Shown here piece by piece: positions 63,815 through 64,000 of a stretch of DNA of 64,000 bases. Made by a program: the position numbers and the translations under genes. Where the stretch lies: NCBI GenBank assembly GCA_964533575.1, contig CAZHMG010000006.1, positions 51-64,050 of the forward strand, written 5' to 3'. Below the pieces are notes generated by a model, which made no database searches, had not been told where the DNA came from, and saw nothing but the letters and a program-made list of their open reading frames with translations. Numbering within the stretch: position 1 is the stretch's first letter; every line of letters begins with the position of its first letter. Source of the stretch: an uncultured Thermoleophilia bacterium (GTDB lineage Bacteria > Actinomycetota > Thermoleophilia > UBA2241).

Positions 63815-64000
63815 ATGCTCAGCGAGGGAGACAAGGCTCCGGCGGTGATCGGCACCTCGTATGACGGCAGGACGTACAACCTCGGGGCTCCCGGGAAGCC
63901 GACGGTCCTCTGGTTCTATCCAAAGGCGGCGACCGGCGGTTGAACCACCGAAGCCGTTGAGTTCAACGGCCTGCTGGAGGAGTTCGAGCGCGTGGGGGTG
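63815..64000 (+). CDS. BCP/AhpC-TSA peroxiredoxin with selenocysteine at the peroxidatic position (3' end outside window)
   Basis: MLSEGDKAP..VLWFYPKAATGG-TGA(63941-63943)-TTEAVEFNGLLEEFERVGV matches the BCP motif FYPKxxTPGCTTEA. The frame stays open after the TGA. GGAGG RBS. Confidence 0.85.
63953..63970 (+). promoter_or_regulatory. Bacterial SECIS-like hairpin
   Basis: GCCGTTG-AGTT-CAACGGC begins 9 nt after the TGA. The loop starts 16 nt after the TGA and has G at position 2, followed by U. Confidence 0.75.

Noticed and set aside
1-64000. CRISPR arrays, IS elements, integrases, phage genes, rRNA, tRNA
   Set aside because: I saw no repeat-spacer pattern, transposase or recombinase motifs, terminal inverted repeats or cloverleafs.

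Overview
GC-rich, gene-dense chromosomal window from what looks like an anaerobic, actinobacterial-type organism. That placement is inferred from TAnnnT/TGnTAnnnT promoters, several leaderless genes, lipoproteins with Lgt, and an anaerobic redox gene set. I found no rRNA, tRNA, CRISPR array, transposase or integrase. Main blocks: (1) fprA, a GH65 phosphorylase with a USP, lgt, a PfkB kinase, and a lipoprotein/LolA-like/ABC-2 envelope operon; (2) moaD-like and a frameshifted nadA; (3) a 9.5-kb, seven-gene heterodisulfide-reductase-like operon (hdrB, hdrL-type HdrA carrying an NAD(P)H module, mvhD, ferredoxin, hdrA, HdrC/CCG fusion, hdrC) with no hydrogenase, formate dehydrogenase or Flx genes; (4) peptidases, rlmKL, recQ, an orphan non-pyrrolysine mttB, MarR and a 2-oxoacid:ferredoxin oxidoreductase; (5) a cobalamin riboswitch ahead of cobU-cobT-cobS-cobC-cbiB-cobD, then a Fur-box-controlled operon of an atypical Fur, a DUF71/Dph6-like ATP pyrophosphatase and a Btu-like ABC importer; (6) murB, an ECF sigma/anti-sigma pair, fabI and htrA; (7) rrf2-metY-metX-metW, a cold-shock protein with an acidic repeat tail, a ferredoxin and, at the right edge, a peroxiredoxin with an in-frame TGA at the catalytic Cys followed by a bSECIS-like hairpin. 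The best leads are the Hdr complex and its two functionally different HdrA paralogues, the selenoperoxiredoxin missed by the ORF track, the Fur/DUF71/corrinoid module, the ECF sigma lacking a canonical start codon, and a roughly 350-nt structured intergenic region. All family assignments come from motif recognition by eye; no database searches were run.
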